A stretch of 64,000 bases of DNA from Candidatus Dormiibacterota bacterium (lineage in GTDB: Bacteria; Chloroflexota; Dormibacteria; Aeolococcales; Aeolococcaceae). Under the pieces are notes generated by a model. That model had not been told where the DNA came from, ran no database searches, and was given only the letters and a program-made list of their open reading frames with translations. How positions within the stretch are numbered: position 1 is the first letter of the stretch; each line of letters begins with the position of its first letter. The stretch is from positions 583,422 through 647,421 of the forward strand of contig CAVWMH010000002.1 of NCBI GenBank assembly GCA_963756075.1, written 5' to 3'. A program made the translations under genes and the position numbers. Shown piece after piece: positions 19,981-30,688 of the stretch.

Positions 19981-21606
19981 TTGGCCCTGCCTATACTTGC
20001 CGCTCCTACCACTCGAGCACGGACCAGGGAGAGGGTCGCTGTGGAATCTCCGCTCGCCGTGATCGACCTCGGGTCGAACTCGGCTCGAATCGCAGTGCTG
20101 CGTCTCGACGCGTCCGGCCAGCTCGACATCATCGCCGACGCGCGAACCTCGCTTCAGCTCGCGCGTCACCTCGACTCGCGTGGCCGGCTCGACGCGAGCG
20201 CGGTCACCCAGGCGATCGCAGCTGTGCGCGATTTCCGCGCGGTCGCGGCTGCGGCCGGCGCTGAGCGGACGGTCGCGGTCGCCACCGCCGCGATCCGCAC
20301 CGCGACCAATCGCGACAGCGTGCTCGCCAAGCTCGAGGCCGACACCGGGCTGACGATCAAGGTCATCGACGGCGAGGAGGAGGCCCGATTCGCGTTTCTC
20401 GGCGCCGTCCACGGTCTCCCCATCGATACCGGTTTCCTGATCGACGTGGGCGGCGGGAGCTTCGAGCTCGCGTACTTCGAACGCCGGCGCGCGCTCCGCT
20501 GGTGGACCTTCGAGCTTGGCGCGCTGGTGACCACCGACCGATTCCTGCGCAGCGACCCGCCGCGGGCCTCTGAGATCGCCGACCTGCGCGACCACGTGTT
20601 TCAGACCCTCGCTGATGCGGGCGTGCCGGTCCTCCCCGACGACGGCGGCATGGTTGGCACCGGAGGCACGGTGCGGAACCTCGCCAAGATCCACATGCGA
20701 TCGGTCGCACACCCGATCGCTCGGGTCGACGGGTATGTCCTGCAGCGGCGCGAGGTTCGCGAGCTCACCGCGCGGCTCACCGGCCGGACTCGCTCCTCGC
20801 TGCGGACCGTGCCCGGGCTCTCCACCGATCGTGCCGATTCAATCGCCGGTGGCGCGCTCGTCGTGATCGCCGCGATGGAGGCCCTCGGGGCTCACACCCT
20901 CATGGTGTCCGGGCACGGTCTCCGTGAGGGCATCGCGCTCGCCGAGCTCAATCTGCCACTCCCGGAGGTCTGGGAGGTGCGCCGCGGGTCGGTGGCCGCG
21001 CTCGCGTCTCGTTTCTCGACGTGGGACGAGCGCCGCGCCCGGCGGCGCGTCGAGATGGTCAGGGCCATCCTCGGCGTGGCCGACCCGACCATGACCGCCG
21101 AGATGCGCGAGGTGCTCGACCACGCGACCACGCTCCTGGATGTCGGTCAGAGCATCAACTACTACGACCGCTGGACTCATGCCGCCGGGGTGACGGCGTC
21201 GGCCGACCTCCAGGGCTTCACGCACCGCGAGGTGGCCCTCATCGCGACCACGCTCGCCCGCCTCGGCAAGGCGCGGAGCAACCTGCCTCGCTACGCACGT
21301 CTCTGCACGCGAGACGACATCAAGCGCATCGACCGGCTGGCCGTCATCATCGAGCTCGCCGACGAGCTCGACCGCCGGGTCGACGGCGGCGGACCTCCCA
21401 CCTTCCGCTACGACGACCGCCGCAACCGCGTGGTCGTCTCGACGGGCCTTCCCTACGCGTGGGAGCCCGAAGATCTCACCCGCCGATTTCGAACCCGACT
21501 CGGGAGGACGCTCAGTCTGCGTCCCGCAGAGACGCCGGGTGAGAGAGTGAAGGGCGCTGACTCTCCAAACGGTCGATCGACTGGTAGAGGTCCTCGACGA
21601 GCGTGA
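19981..21606 (+). CDS. ppx: Ppx/GppA family exopolyphosphatase
   Basis: VIDLGSNSARIAVLRL actin-like ATPase motif and an extended C-terminal domain. Start is TTG 19981 or GTG 20041. Confidence 0.88.
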   Translation: MALPILAAPTTRARTRERVAVESPLAVIDLGSNSARIAVLRLDASGQLDIIADARTSLQLARHLDSRGRLDASAVTQAIAAVRDFRAVAAAAGAERTVAVATAAIRTATNRDSVLAKLEADTGLTIKVIDGEEEARFAFLGAVHGLPIDTGFLIDVGGGSFELAYFERRRALRWWTFELGALVTTDRFLRSDPPRASEIADLRDHVFQTLADAGVPVLPDDGGMVGTGGTVRNLAKIHMRSVAHPIARVDGYVLQRREVRELTARLTGRTRSSLRTVPGLSTDRADSIAGGALVVIAAMEALGAHTLMVSGHGLREGIALAELNLPLPEVWEVRRGSVAALASRFSTWDERRARRRVEMVRAILGVADPTMTAEMREVLDHATTLLDVGQSINYYDRWTHAAGVTASADLQGFTHREVALIATTLARLGKARSNLPRYARLCTRDDIKRIDRLAVIIELADELDRRVDGGGPPTFRYDDRRNRVVVSTGLPYAWEPEDLTRRFRTRLGRTLSLRPAETPGERVKGADSPNGRSTGRGPRRA

Positions 21607-21814
21607 TCAGAATCGGCGGCGCCTCGCAGGCGAACATCAGCGCCTCAATGGTCGCGACCTGGCGGCGTAGCCCGTCGACCGCTTCGATCCGGTCAGGAGC
21701 CGCCGATACGACCTGCTGCACGACTTCGAGTATGCGGTGAGCCGGGACTCGAAGCGGTTGTGAAATGGCTATGGAACGGGGCCGATGTGATGGTGTTCCT
21801 CGGGGACACTAGAG

Positions 21815-22497
21815 TTGTCTGAGATGAGCGAGCCATTGCTGCACCCGCACCACGCGACCCTCGGAGACGAGCTGGCCCACCTGCGACGGATCGTCGCGGA
21901 CATGGGGGAGCTTGTCGACACGGCCATCACCCAGGCGACGAGCGGGCTCGCCGAGCGCGATGTCAGCCTCTGCGCGCGCGTGATCGCGGACGACGCGCTG
22001 GTCAACGATCGCCAGCGTGAACTGCGCGAACTGTCCTTCTCGCTCATCGTCAATCAGAGCCCGGAGGAGCGCGAGCTTCGCGAGATCATCGGGCTGCTCA
22101 ACATGTCGTCGGAGCTGGAGCGCATGGGCGATCACTGCGTGAGCATTGCGAAGCTGGCGCGCAACCTCGCGGATCTACCCCTGCTGGAGACGTACGTCGA
22201 CGTGCCCAAGATGGCCGCGTACTGCAGCGACCAGGTTCGCAGCATTCTCGCGGCCATGGTCTCGCGGGATGTCCAGCAGGCGCGTCGCATCGCTGCCGGG
22301 GATGACCGGGTCGACCGCATCTACCACCGCCTGTTCGACGACCTGATCCAGGTGATGACCGAGGACAACACCACCGTCTTCCGGGCGACCAATCTGGTGT
22401 TCATCGCTCACCATCTCGAGCGCATCGCGGATCGCGTGACCAACATCGCTGAGGATCTCGTGTTCCTCGATTCCGGCGCCATCGAAGAGCTCGGCTG

Positions 22498-22498
<1 letters not shown>
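21815..22498 (+). CDS. phoU: phosphate signaling complex protein PhoU
   Basis: 227 aa with a two-repeat PhoU helical architecture (...ERMGDHCVSIAK... / ...ERIADRVTNIAE...). The stop overlaps the ppk ATG (TGATG). Confidence 0.9.
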
Positions 22499-24605
<2,107 letters not shown>

Positions 24606-24609
<4 letters not shown>

Positions 24610-26112
24610 CCGGCCCGGCGGGGATCGAGCCCGGGCGCGGGCGACGTCTCGAGGTGCCGATCACCTTCTCGCCGGCACCGCTCGAGGACATCGAGGCCGT
24701 CATCGGCTGTCATCGCTGAGCCGGTCCGCCGGCTGCGCACCACCCACTGGGATACGGCCGATCTCCGCCTGGCCCGATGGGGCGTTGCCCTTGAATTCTC
24801 GGCGGACCCCGGCTGGGTGCTGCGGCTGCCTGCGACGACCGAGGGCATGGCTGCGCCGGACGGTGCCGAGCTGCGGTTCGACGGTGGACCAGAGCGCCCG
24901 CCGGAAGCGGCGTTGCACCTGGTCCGGGCCTACGCGCGCAGCGCGCCGATCGAGCTCGTCGCACGCCTGGTCACCATGACCGGCACGAGCGTGCTGCTCG
25001 ACGAGCGCGGAGCGGCCCTCGCCCGTCTCGTGGATGACACGGTCTCGGTGTATTCGGGTCCGCGCATCACCCAGCGGTTTCGCGAGATCGGCCTCTTCAG
25101 CGACAGCGGTCCGCTGCTCGATCTGATCGCAACCCGATACCTGGCGGCGGGAGCTCAGCCCGCGCTCCCCCGAGCCCTGGTGGCGAGGGCTCTCGGGCTG
25201 GTGGGCACGCCTCCGCCGGAGATCGGCTCGGTCACGCTCGGGAGTGCCGCGACTGCCGGGGACGTCGTGCTCCGTGCGCTGAGCCTCTCGGTCATCCGTC
25301 TCCTTCGCCACGATCCCGGCGTCCGGCTCGGCCACGACGCCGAGGATGTGCACCAGGCGCGCGTCGCCACCCGCCGCCTGCGCAGCGATCTGCGCACGTT
25401 CCGTCCTCTCCTCGACGAGGCCTGGGCCGAAGCGCTGCGCGACGACCTCCGCTGGCTCGGCGGCGAGCTCGGAAGGGTACGTGATGCGGAGGTCCTCCGG
25501 GATCGCCTCCGGTCGGCGGCCACGACCCTGCCGGCGGCCGATCGCCGCTCGGCCCTCGCGGTCGTCGCCCCGCTGGTCGCGCAGGTACGCGCTGCCCGCC
25601 GCCACCTCCTCGTCGCCATGGACACCGAGCGTTACATCGAGGTGATCGATCATCTGGTCGCTGCGGCTCGCGGCCCCGCACTGACCGAGCTGGCTGCGTC
25701 GCCGGCGAGAGACGTGCTCCCCGGCTTGGTGCGCAAGCCCTGGCGGTCACTCAAGTCGGGGGCGGTCGCGGCTCGTGGCGACGTGCCGGACGAGCAGCTC
25801 CACGACCTGCGCATTCGAGCGAAGCGCTGCCGCTACGCCGCTGAGGCCGCTGCCGCCGCCACCGGCAAGAATGCGGCGAAATTCGCTCGGGAGGTGGCGG
25901 CCCTCCAGGAAGTGCTCGGTGAGCTGCATGACGCGGTGGTGGCCGAGGGCTGGCTGCGCGAGCGGTCCGCGGCACCCCGGATCCACGAGACCGCGCTGTT
26001 CGCCGCCGGCGAGCTGGTCGCGCTCCAGCGGGATGCGGCCGAACGGGCTCGAACCGGGTGGCCCGCCGCCTGGAAGCGCGTCGAGCAGGCGTGGGCCGGT
26101 GCCTGGCGCTGA
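24606..26112 (+). pseudogene. CYTH-like plus CHAD domain protein, N-terminal 37 codons in a different frame from the rest (+1 break near 24697-24720)
   Basis: GTG 24606 overlaps the ppk stop (GTGA) and reads ...RRLEVPITFSPAPLEDIEAVIGCHR*. The +1 frame continues ...AEPVRRLRTTHWDTADLRLARWGVALEF..GWVLRLP (CYTH strands). CHAD helices follow (VHQARVATRRLRSDLRTF, LHDLRIRAKRCRYAAE). The uninterrupted ORF from an accepted start is 24817-26112. Confidence 0.75.
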
Positions 26113-26566
26113 GGGCACCAGCCACCTGGTGCGCCACGCCAAGGCGGGTTCCCGCGAGCGCTGGACCGCGCCCGATCGCGACCGCCCGCTGACCGCGGCG
26201 GGAAAGATCCAGGCCGTCGCCCTCGCGAGCCTTCTCGGACCGAGCACGCGTGCGGTCATATCAAGCCCGTACGTTCGCTGCGTCGAGACCGTCGCGCCCC
26301 TGGCGGCGGCTCTGGGACTTCACGTCGAGGAGGATGATCGCCTCGCTGAGGGTGCGGATCCGGCGTGGGCCATGGCCGAGCTCGCGTCCGTCGCCGGGTC
26401 GGTGCTGTGCACCCACGGGGACATCATGGCGTCGATCGTCACGAGCCTGGCCGACGCCCACGTTCCGATGGCCGGAGGCATGCAGTGGGCGAAGGCCGGC
26501 ACCTGGGCCTTCGACATCACCGGCGGACGAATCGTAAAAGGCCGCTACCTGCCGCCGCCGGGCTGA
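26099..26566 (+). CDS. SixA-like histidine phosphatase family protein
   Basis: GTG 26099 lies 14 nt inside the CHAD gene end. Contains SHLVRHAKAG (RHG-type motif) and ...LCTHGDIM...; about 155 aa. Confidence 0.8.
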   Translation: MPGAEGTSHLVRHAKAGSRERWTAPDRDRPLTAAGKIQAVALASLLGPSTRAVISSPYVRCVETVAPLAAALGLHVEEDDRLAEGADPAWAMAELASVAGSVLCTHGDIMASIVTSLADAHVPMAGGMQWAKAGTWAFDITGGRIVKGRYLPPPG

Positions 26567-27468
26567 GGCCCCCAATCGACCCCTTCACGGTCGCCGGCGA
26601 CGCGGATGAGCACCCCGGCCCAGGTTCGGAAGGGGCGCCAGGCCTCGGCGAGGCTTGAGATCTCGCCGGGAGCCGCCATGTGGTCGAGCCCGTAGAAATG
26701 GCGGACGTACGACGCCATCCGCGGCTCCCCGAGGGTCAGGATGTCGGTCGCTCCGGTCGATCGCAGCAGGATCAAACCCGCGTACATGGGGCCGATTCCG
26801 GGGAGCTGCTGCAGGTCGGCCATCGCCTCCTCCGGCGCCATCGCAAGCAGCCGTGCCGGGTCGAGCCGTCCCGCAAGGGCCGCTCGAGCAACCGCGTGCA
26901 GCCGGTCGATCCGCTGCGCTTCGAGGCTGGGGAACGCCTCGACCCGAAGGAGCTGCTCGGGCGTCGGGAAGGCCTCGACTCGGCCACCGGGCAGGGTGAA
27001 GACGTGGCCGTGCTCCGCGGAAAGCCGCCTGCGTACCGCGGTTGCCTGGGTCCGATGCCTGCGCTGGCTGAGGATCGACCAGGCCGCCGCCTCGTAGGGC
27101 GAATGGAAGAGCACCGGACGCAGGCCGGGAAGCTCCGACTGGAGCCGGCCGATCACCGGATCGCGGCCACCGACTTCGGCCCAGGCCGATCCGGACTGGT
27201 CCAGTGACAGCACCCGGCATACCTGGGCGGCGACCCGATCCGGATCCGCCTCACCGAAGACCCGGCAGGTGAGCGCCGCATCGGCGTGCTGCGTGATGAA
27301 CGCCGCGGCGTGATGCGCGAGATCGTCCGCAACGAACGCCAGCGACATCGAATCTCCGTCGGGCTTGGGGCGCCCGGTGTTGGGCCCGAATCCGAAGCCG
27401 GCCGCTGCCGCCAGGGAGAACGCCCCATCGGGCGTGATCGTCTGCTCCCGCGTCGCGGCGTCGGTCAC
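26545..27468 (-). CDS. DNA-3-methyladenine glycosylase II family (AlkA-like, HhH-GPD)
   Basis: HhH motif LQQLPGIGPMYAGLILLRS and the AlkA-type N-terminal domain; 307 aa. Confidence 0.85.
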   Translation of the reverse strand: MTDAATREQTITPDGAFSLAAAAGFGFGPNTGRPKPDGDSMSLAFVADDLAHHAAAFITQHADAALTCRVFGEADPDRVAAQVCRVLSLDQSGSAWAEVGGRDPVIGRLQSELPGLRPVLFHSPYEAAAWSILSQRRHRTQATAVRRRLSAEHGHVFTLPGGRVEAFPTPEQLLRVEAFPSLEAQRIDRLHAVARAALAGRLDPARLLAMAPEEAMADLQQLPGIGPMYAGLILLRSTGATDILTLGEPRMASYVRHFYGLDHMAAPGEISSLAEAWRPFRTWAGVLIRVAGDREGVDWGPQPGGGR

Positions 27469-27479
27469 CAGTCCGCCCG

Positions 27480-27704
27480 CTACTGGCGCAGGCGGACGAT
27501 CAGGTTGATGACCACCGTCAGGACCACGCTCGCGACGATGCAGAACGCGACCGGGAAGAAGAACGAGAAGTTCCCGTTGCTGACCGAGATGCTCCCCGGG
27601 AGCTGGGTGACGCCCAGCCGGGTCAGCAGCACGAGCACCCCGCCGAGCACGAGGATCACCGCGCCCGCGATCAGCAGCAGCTTGCCGACGTCACCGAGTG
27701 CCAT
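27480..27704 (-). CDS. DUF2905-family small membrane protein
   Basis: 74 aa with two TM: MALGDVGKLLLIAGAVILVLGG...LPGSISVSNGNFSFFFPVAFCIVASVVLTVVINL. Confidence 0.75.
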   Translation of the reverse strand: MALGDVGKLLLIAGAVILVLGGVLVLLTRLGVTQLPGSISVSNGNFSFFFPVAFCIVASVVLTVVINLIVRLRQ

Positions 27705-27748
27705 GACGACACTCTAAGGTAGAGTCCGCCAAACGCATCCACTTCAAG

Positions 27749-27775
27749 CAGGTCCGGAGAGGCCGGCAAGGGATC
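27749..27775 (+). promoter_or_regulatory. candidate PyrR-binding RNA motif in the pyrB leader
   Basis: GCAGGUCCGGAGAGGCCGGC resembles the PyrR loop consensus (..UCCAGAGAGGC..). It is followed by the stem GGCAAGGG (27765-27772) / CCCTTGCC (27797-27804) and then GGAGGG 9 nt before the pyrB ATG. Confidence 0.45.
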
Positions 27776-27834
27776 GCGGCGCCGCCGTGCGGCCGCCCTT
27801 GCCCGAACCCGCCCGGGCTGGAGGGCGAAGCCCC

Positions 27835-28765
27835 ATGACGGCGACAACCGCGCGAAATCGGACGCTCGGCCACGTGATCAGCGCCGAGCAGTTCGATCGC
27901 GAGTTGCTCGACCTCCTGTTCCTGCGCGCCACCGCGCTGGCGGACGTGCGCGACGACAGGCTCGCGCATCGAGTGATGGCGACCCTGTTCTACGAGCCGA
28001 GCACCCGAACACGATTGAGCTTTGAATCGGCGATGCTCCGCCTCGGCGGCGCGGTGATCGGGACCGAGGCCGCGCGCACGTTCTCGAGCGCGATCAAGGG
28101 CGAGACCCTCGAGGACACCGTTCGCATGGTGTCGACGTACGCCGATCTCATCGTGCTGCGTCACGACGAGGCCGGAGCCGCCGCTCGAGCCGCGAGCGTC
28201 GCGTCGGTGCCGGTGGTCAACGCCGGCGACGGGCCGGGCGAGCATCCTACCCAGGCGCTGCTCGACCTGTACACGATCGAGCGCGAGCTCGGCCACGTCG
28301 AGGGGGTGAGCGTCGCCTTCTGCGGCGACCTCCGATTCGGCAGGACGGCGCGTTCGCTGGCGCTGCTTCTCGCTCTGTATCCGGGGGTGCGCCTGGCGTT
28401 TGTCGCGCCGGCGGTGATCCAGGTGGGCGGCGACATCCTCGCCCGAACTCGAGGCCCGCGGTGTCGAATGCCGCCTCGCCGACCAGCTGACCGACGTGCT
28501 CGACGACGTCGACGTCGTATATCAGACGCGTGTGCAGAAGGAGCGCTTCACCGATCCGCTCGAGTTCGAGCAGGCGCGAACGGCGATCCGCATCGACGGC
28601 GCGATCATGCGACAGCTCCCTGCGACGGCGATCGTGATGCACCCGCTGCCGCGCGTCGACGAGATCGCGCCCGAAGTGGATGCGGATCCGCGGGCCGCCT
28701 ACTTCCGACAGGCGGCGAACGGCGTCGCGATCCGAATGGCGGTGCTCGAGATGCTGCTCGCATGA
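27835..28765 (+). pseudogene. pyrB: aspartate carbamoyltransferase catalytic subunit, single +1 frame break at about 28441-28447
   Basis: Frame 1 reads ...FYEPSTRTRLSFE...HPTQALLD...VAPAVIQVGGDILA. Frame 2 continues ELEARGVECRLADQLTDVLDDVDVVYQTR...MHPLPRV...LEMLLA*. Dropping one base in GCCCGAACTC restores a normal-length PyrB. Confidence 0.88.
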
Positions 28766-28775
28766 CGGAGACGAC

Positions 28776-29348
28776 GTGACCGGCCTCGCGCAACCACTCG
28801 ACGACAGCCCGCAGCTGCTCGACGCGGGAGCGGTGCAGCGCATCACGCTGCGGCTCGCGCACGAGATCGCCGAGCGCCATCCCATGCTGGACGGCGTCGT
28901 TCTGGTCGGGATTCCGACCCGCGGTGTCCCACTGGCTCGTTCGGTCGCGCGTCAGCTCGCCAGCCTGGGGCACACCGCCCCACCGGTGGCGGCACTCGAC
29001 CCGAGCGCCCATCGCGACGACCGTCCGCGCCCGACGGTGGCGCATCCGGCGCTCCACGACATCGACGGGGGGCCGGCCAGGCGCATTGACGGCTCGGTCG
29101 TGATCGTTGTGGACGACGTGCTCTTCACGGGCCGGACGCTCCGGGCGGCGCTCGACGCCCTCGTGGACTGCGGCCGTCCCGCCGCGGTCGAGGTGCTGAC
29201 CCTGATCGATCGCGGCCATCGCGAGCTGCCATTGCGCGCGACGTACGTGGGCAAGAACGTGCCGACGGCCTCCGGCGACCGTGTCCACGTGCGCCTGCGC
29301 GAGGTGGACGGCGTCGACGGCGCATGGCTGCACCGGGGCGCGCCATGA
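28776..29348 (+). CDS. pyrR: bifunctional pyrimidine operon regulator / uracil phosphoribosyltransferase PyrR
   Basis: GTG 28776; ...VLVGIPTRGVPLA... and the PRPP motif VVIVVDDVLFTGRT. The stop overlaps the pyrC ATG (ATGA). Confidence 0.9.
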   Translation: MTGLAQPLDDSPQLLDAGAVQRITLRLAHEIAERHPMLDGVVLVGIPTRGVPLARSVARQLASLGHTAPPVAALDPSAHRDDRPRPTVAHPALHDIDGGPARRIDGSVVIVVDDVLFTGRTLRAALDALVDCGRPAAVEVLTLIDRGHRELPLRATYVGKNVPTASGDRVHVRLREVDGVDGAWLHRGAP

Positions 29349-30688
29349 ACGCGATCCTGCGCGGCGTCCGCGTCATCGACCCGCTCGGCCGCCTCGACGC
29401 GGCCGGCCAGGACGTCTGGCTCGACGGCGGGAAGATCCTGGCCATCTATCACCACATCGACGCGGCCGGCGTCCCCGTGGTCGACCTGACGCCGCAGAAC
29501 GGCGCTGACCCGTGCGTGCTCTGCCCGGGGTTCATCGACCTGCACGCCCACCTGCGTCAGCCGGGTGACGACGAGGCCGAGACGCTGGAAAGCGGGTCGC
29601 GTGCAGCCGCGGCGGGGGGATTCACGCACGTGGTGACGATGGCCAATACGGTGCCGCCGATCGACACTCCGGAGCGGGTTGCCGAGGCGCGCCTTGCCGC
29701 GAGCAACCTGCCCGTGTCGATCCTGCAGGTTGCCGCGCTCACTCGAGGACTCGAGGGCGCCGAGCTCGTCGACATCCGCAAGTGCATCGAGGCAGGGGCG
29801 GTTGCGGTCGGCGATGACGGACGCAACGCCGTGTCGCCGCGCCAGCTCGCGATCGCGCTTGCGGACACCGCGCATCTCTCTCGCGCGGTGTTCGTGCACC
29901 CCGAGGACGAGGAGATGATCGCGCAGGCGAATGCAACGCAAGGCCCGGTGACGCGCAGCCCGATACGCCACGTGGAGACCGAGACACGCGCGGTGAATCT
30001 CGCGATTCGCGCGCTCTCACACGCGCGCTCCGGACACCTGCACCTGCAGCACCTGTCTGCCGAGGGTTCGGTCGCATCGCTGCGGCGAGCGCGTCACCAG
30101 GGTCTCGCCGTGAGCGCGGAGGTCACGCCCCACCACCTCTCGATGTGGCTGCCGGTCGCGGAGGAGCCGGATCCCCAGGCGTTGCGCAAGGTCAATCCAC
30201 CGTTGCGCGCGGAGCGGGATCGAAATGCGCTCGTGCTCGCGCTGCGCGAAGGACTCATCGAGGCGGTGGCGACCGACCACGCACCCCACCCGGCTGCCGA
30301 GAAGTCACTCGCGTACGACGACGCGGCGCCGGGCATGATCGGTCTCGAGACGGCGCTCGCAACCTGCATCACCATCGGTGGGATGGGAGGGGAGTGGCTG
30401 GCGACACTCGTCGAGCGAATGACCGTTGGGCCACATAGGATTCTCGGGCCTGGTTCGGGCGTCCCCGAGCCGCGACTCAGGATCGGCGAGTTGGCAACGT
30501 GCACGCTGTTCGACCCGACCGCGGAGTGGACCGTCGGCGCCACCCCGCTGCAGTCGCGATCCCGCAATACGCCGCTCCTCGGTGCGACGCTTCGCGGCAC
30601 CGTGCTGCTCACCATGGCGGGCGGCCGCGTCATCCATCGGGACCCGGCGCGGGTGCCGATCGTGTCGGAGCAGGTGGCGAGTGCCTGA
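29345..30688 (+). CDS. pyrC: dihydroorotase
   Basis: GFIDLHAHLRQPG and ATDHAPH metal-binding motifs; 447 aa. Confidence 0.92.
   Translation: MNAILRGVRVIDPLGRLDAAGQDVWLDGGKILAIYHHIDAAGVPVVDLTPQNGADPCVLCPGFIDLHAHLRQPGDDEAETLESGSRAAAAGGFTHVVTMANTVPPIDTPERVAEARLAASNLPVSILQVAALTRGLEGAELVDIRKCIEAGAVAVGDDGRNAVSPRQLAIALADTAHLSRAVFVHPEDEEMIAQANATQGPVTRSPIRHVETETRAVNLAIRALSHARSGHLHLQHLSAEGSVASLRRARHQGLAVSAEVTPHHLSMWLPVAEEPDPQALRKVNPPLRAERDRNALVLALREGLIEAVATDHAPHPAAEKSLAYDDAAPGMIGLETALATCITIGGMGGEWLATLVERMTVGPHRILGPGSGVPEPRLRIGELATCTLFDPTAEWTVGATPLQSRSRNTPLLGATLRGTVLLTMAGGRVIHRDPARVPIVSEQVASA

Noticed and set aside
21512-21721. 69-codon minus-strand ORF in the ppx-phoU spacer (VQQVVSAAPDRIEAVDGLRRQVATIEALMF...).
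   Set aside because: It overlaps the ppx 3' end by 95 nt, has no convincing ribosome-binding site before its GTG, and matches no family I recognise. The helical-looking N-terminus is not enough on its own. It would need conservation or ribosome-profiling evidence.
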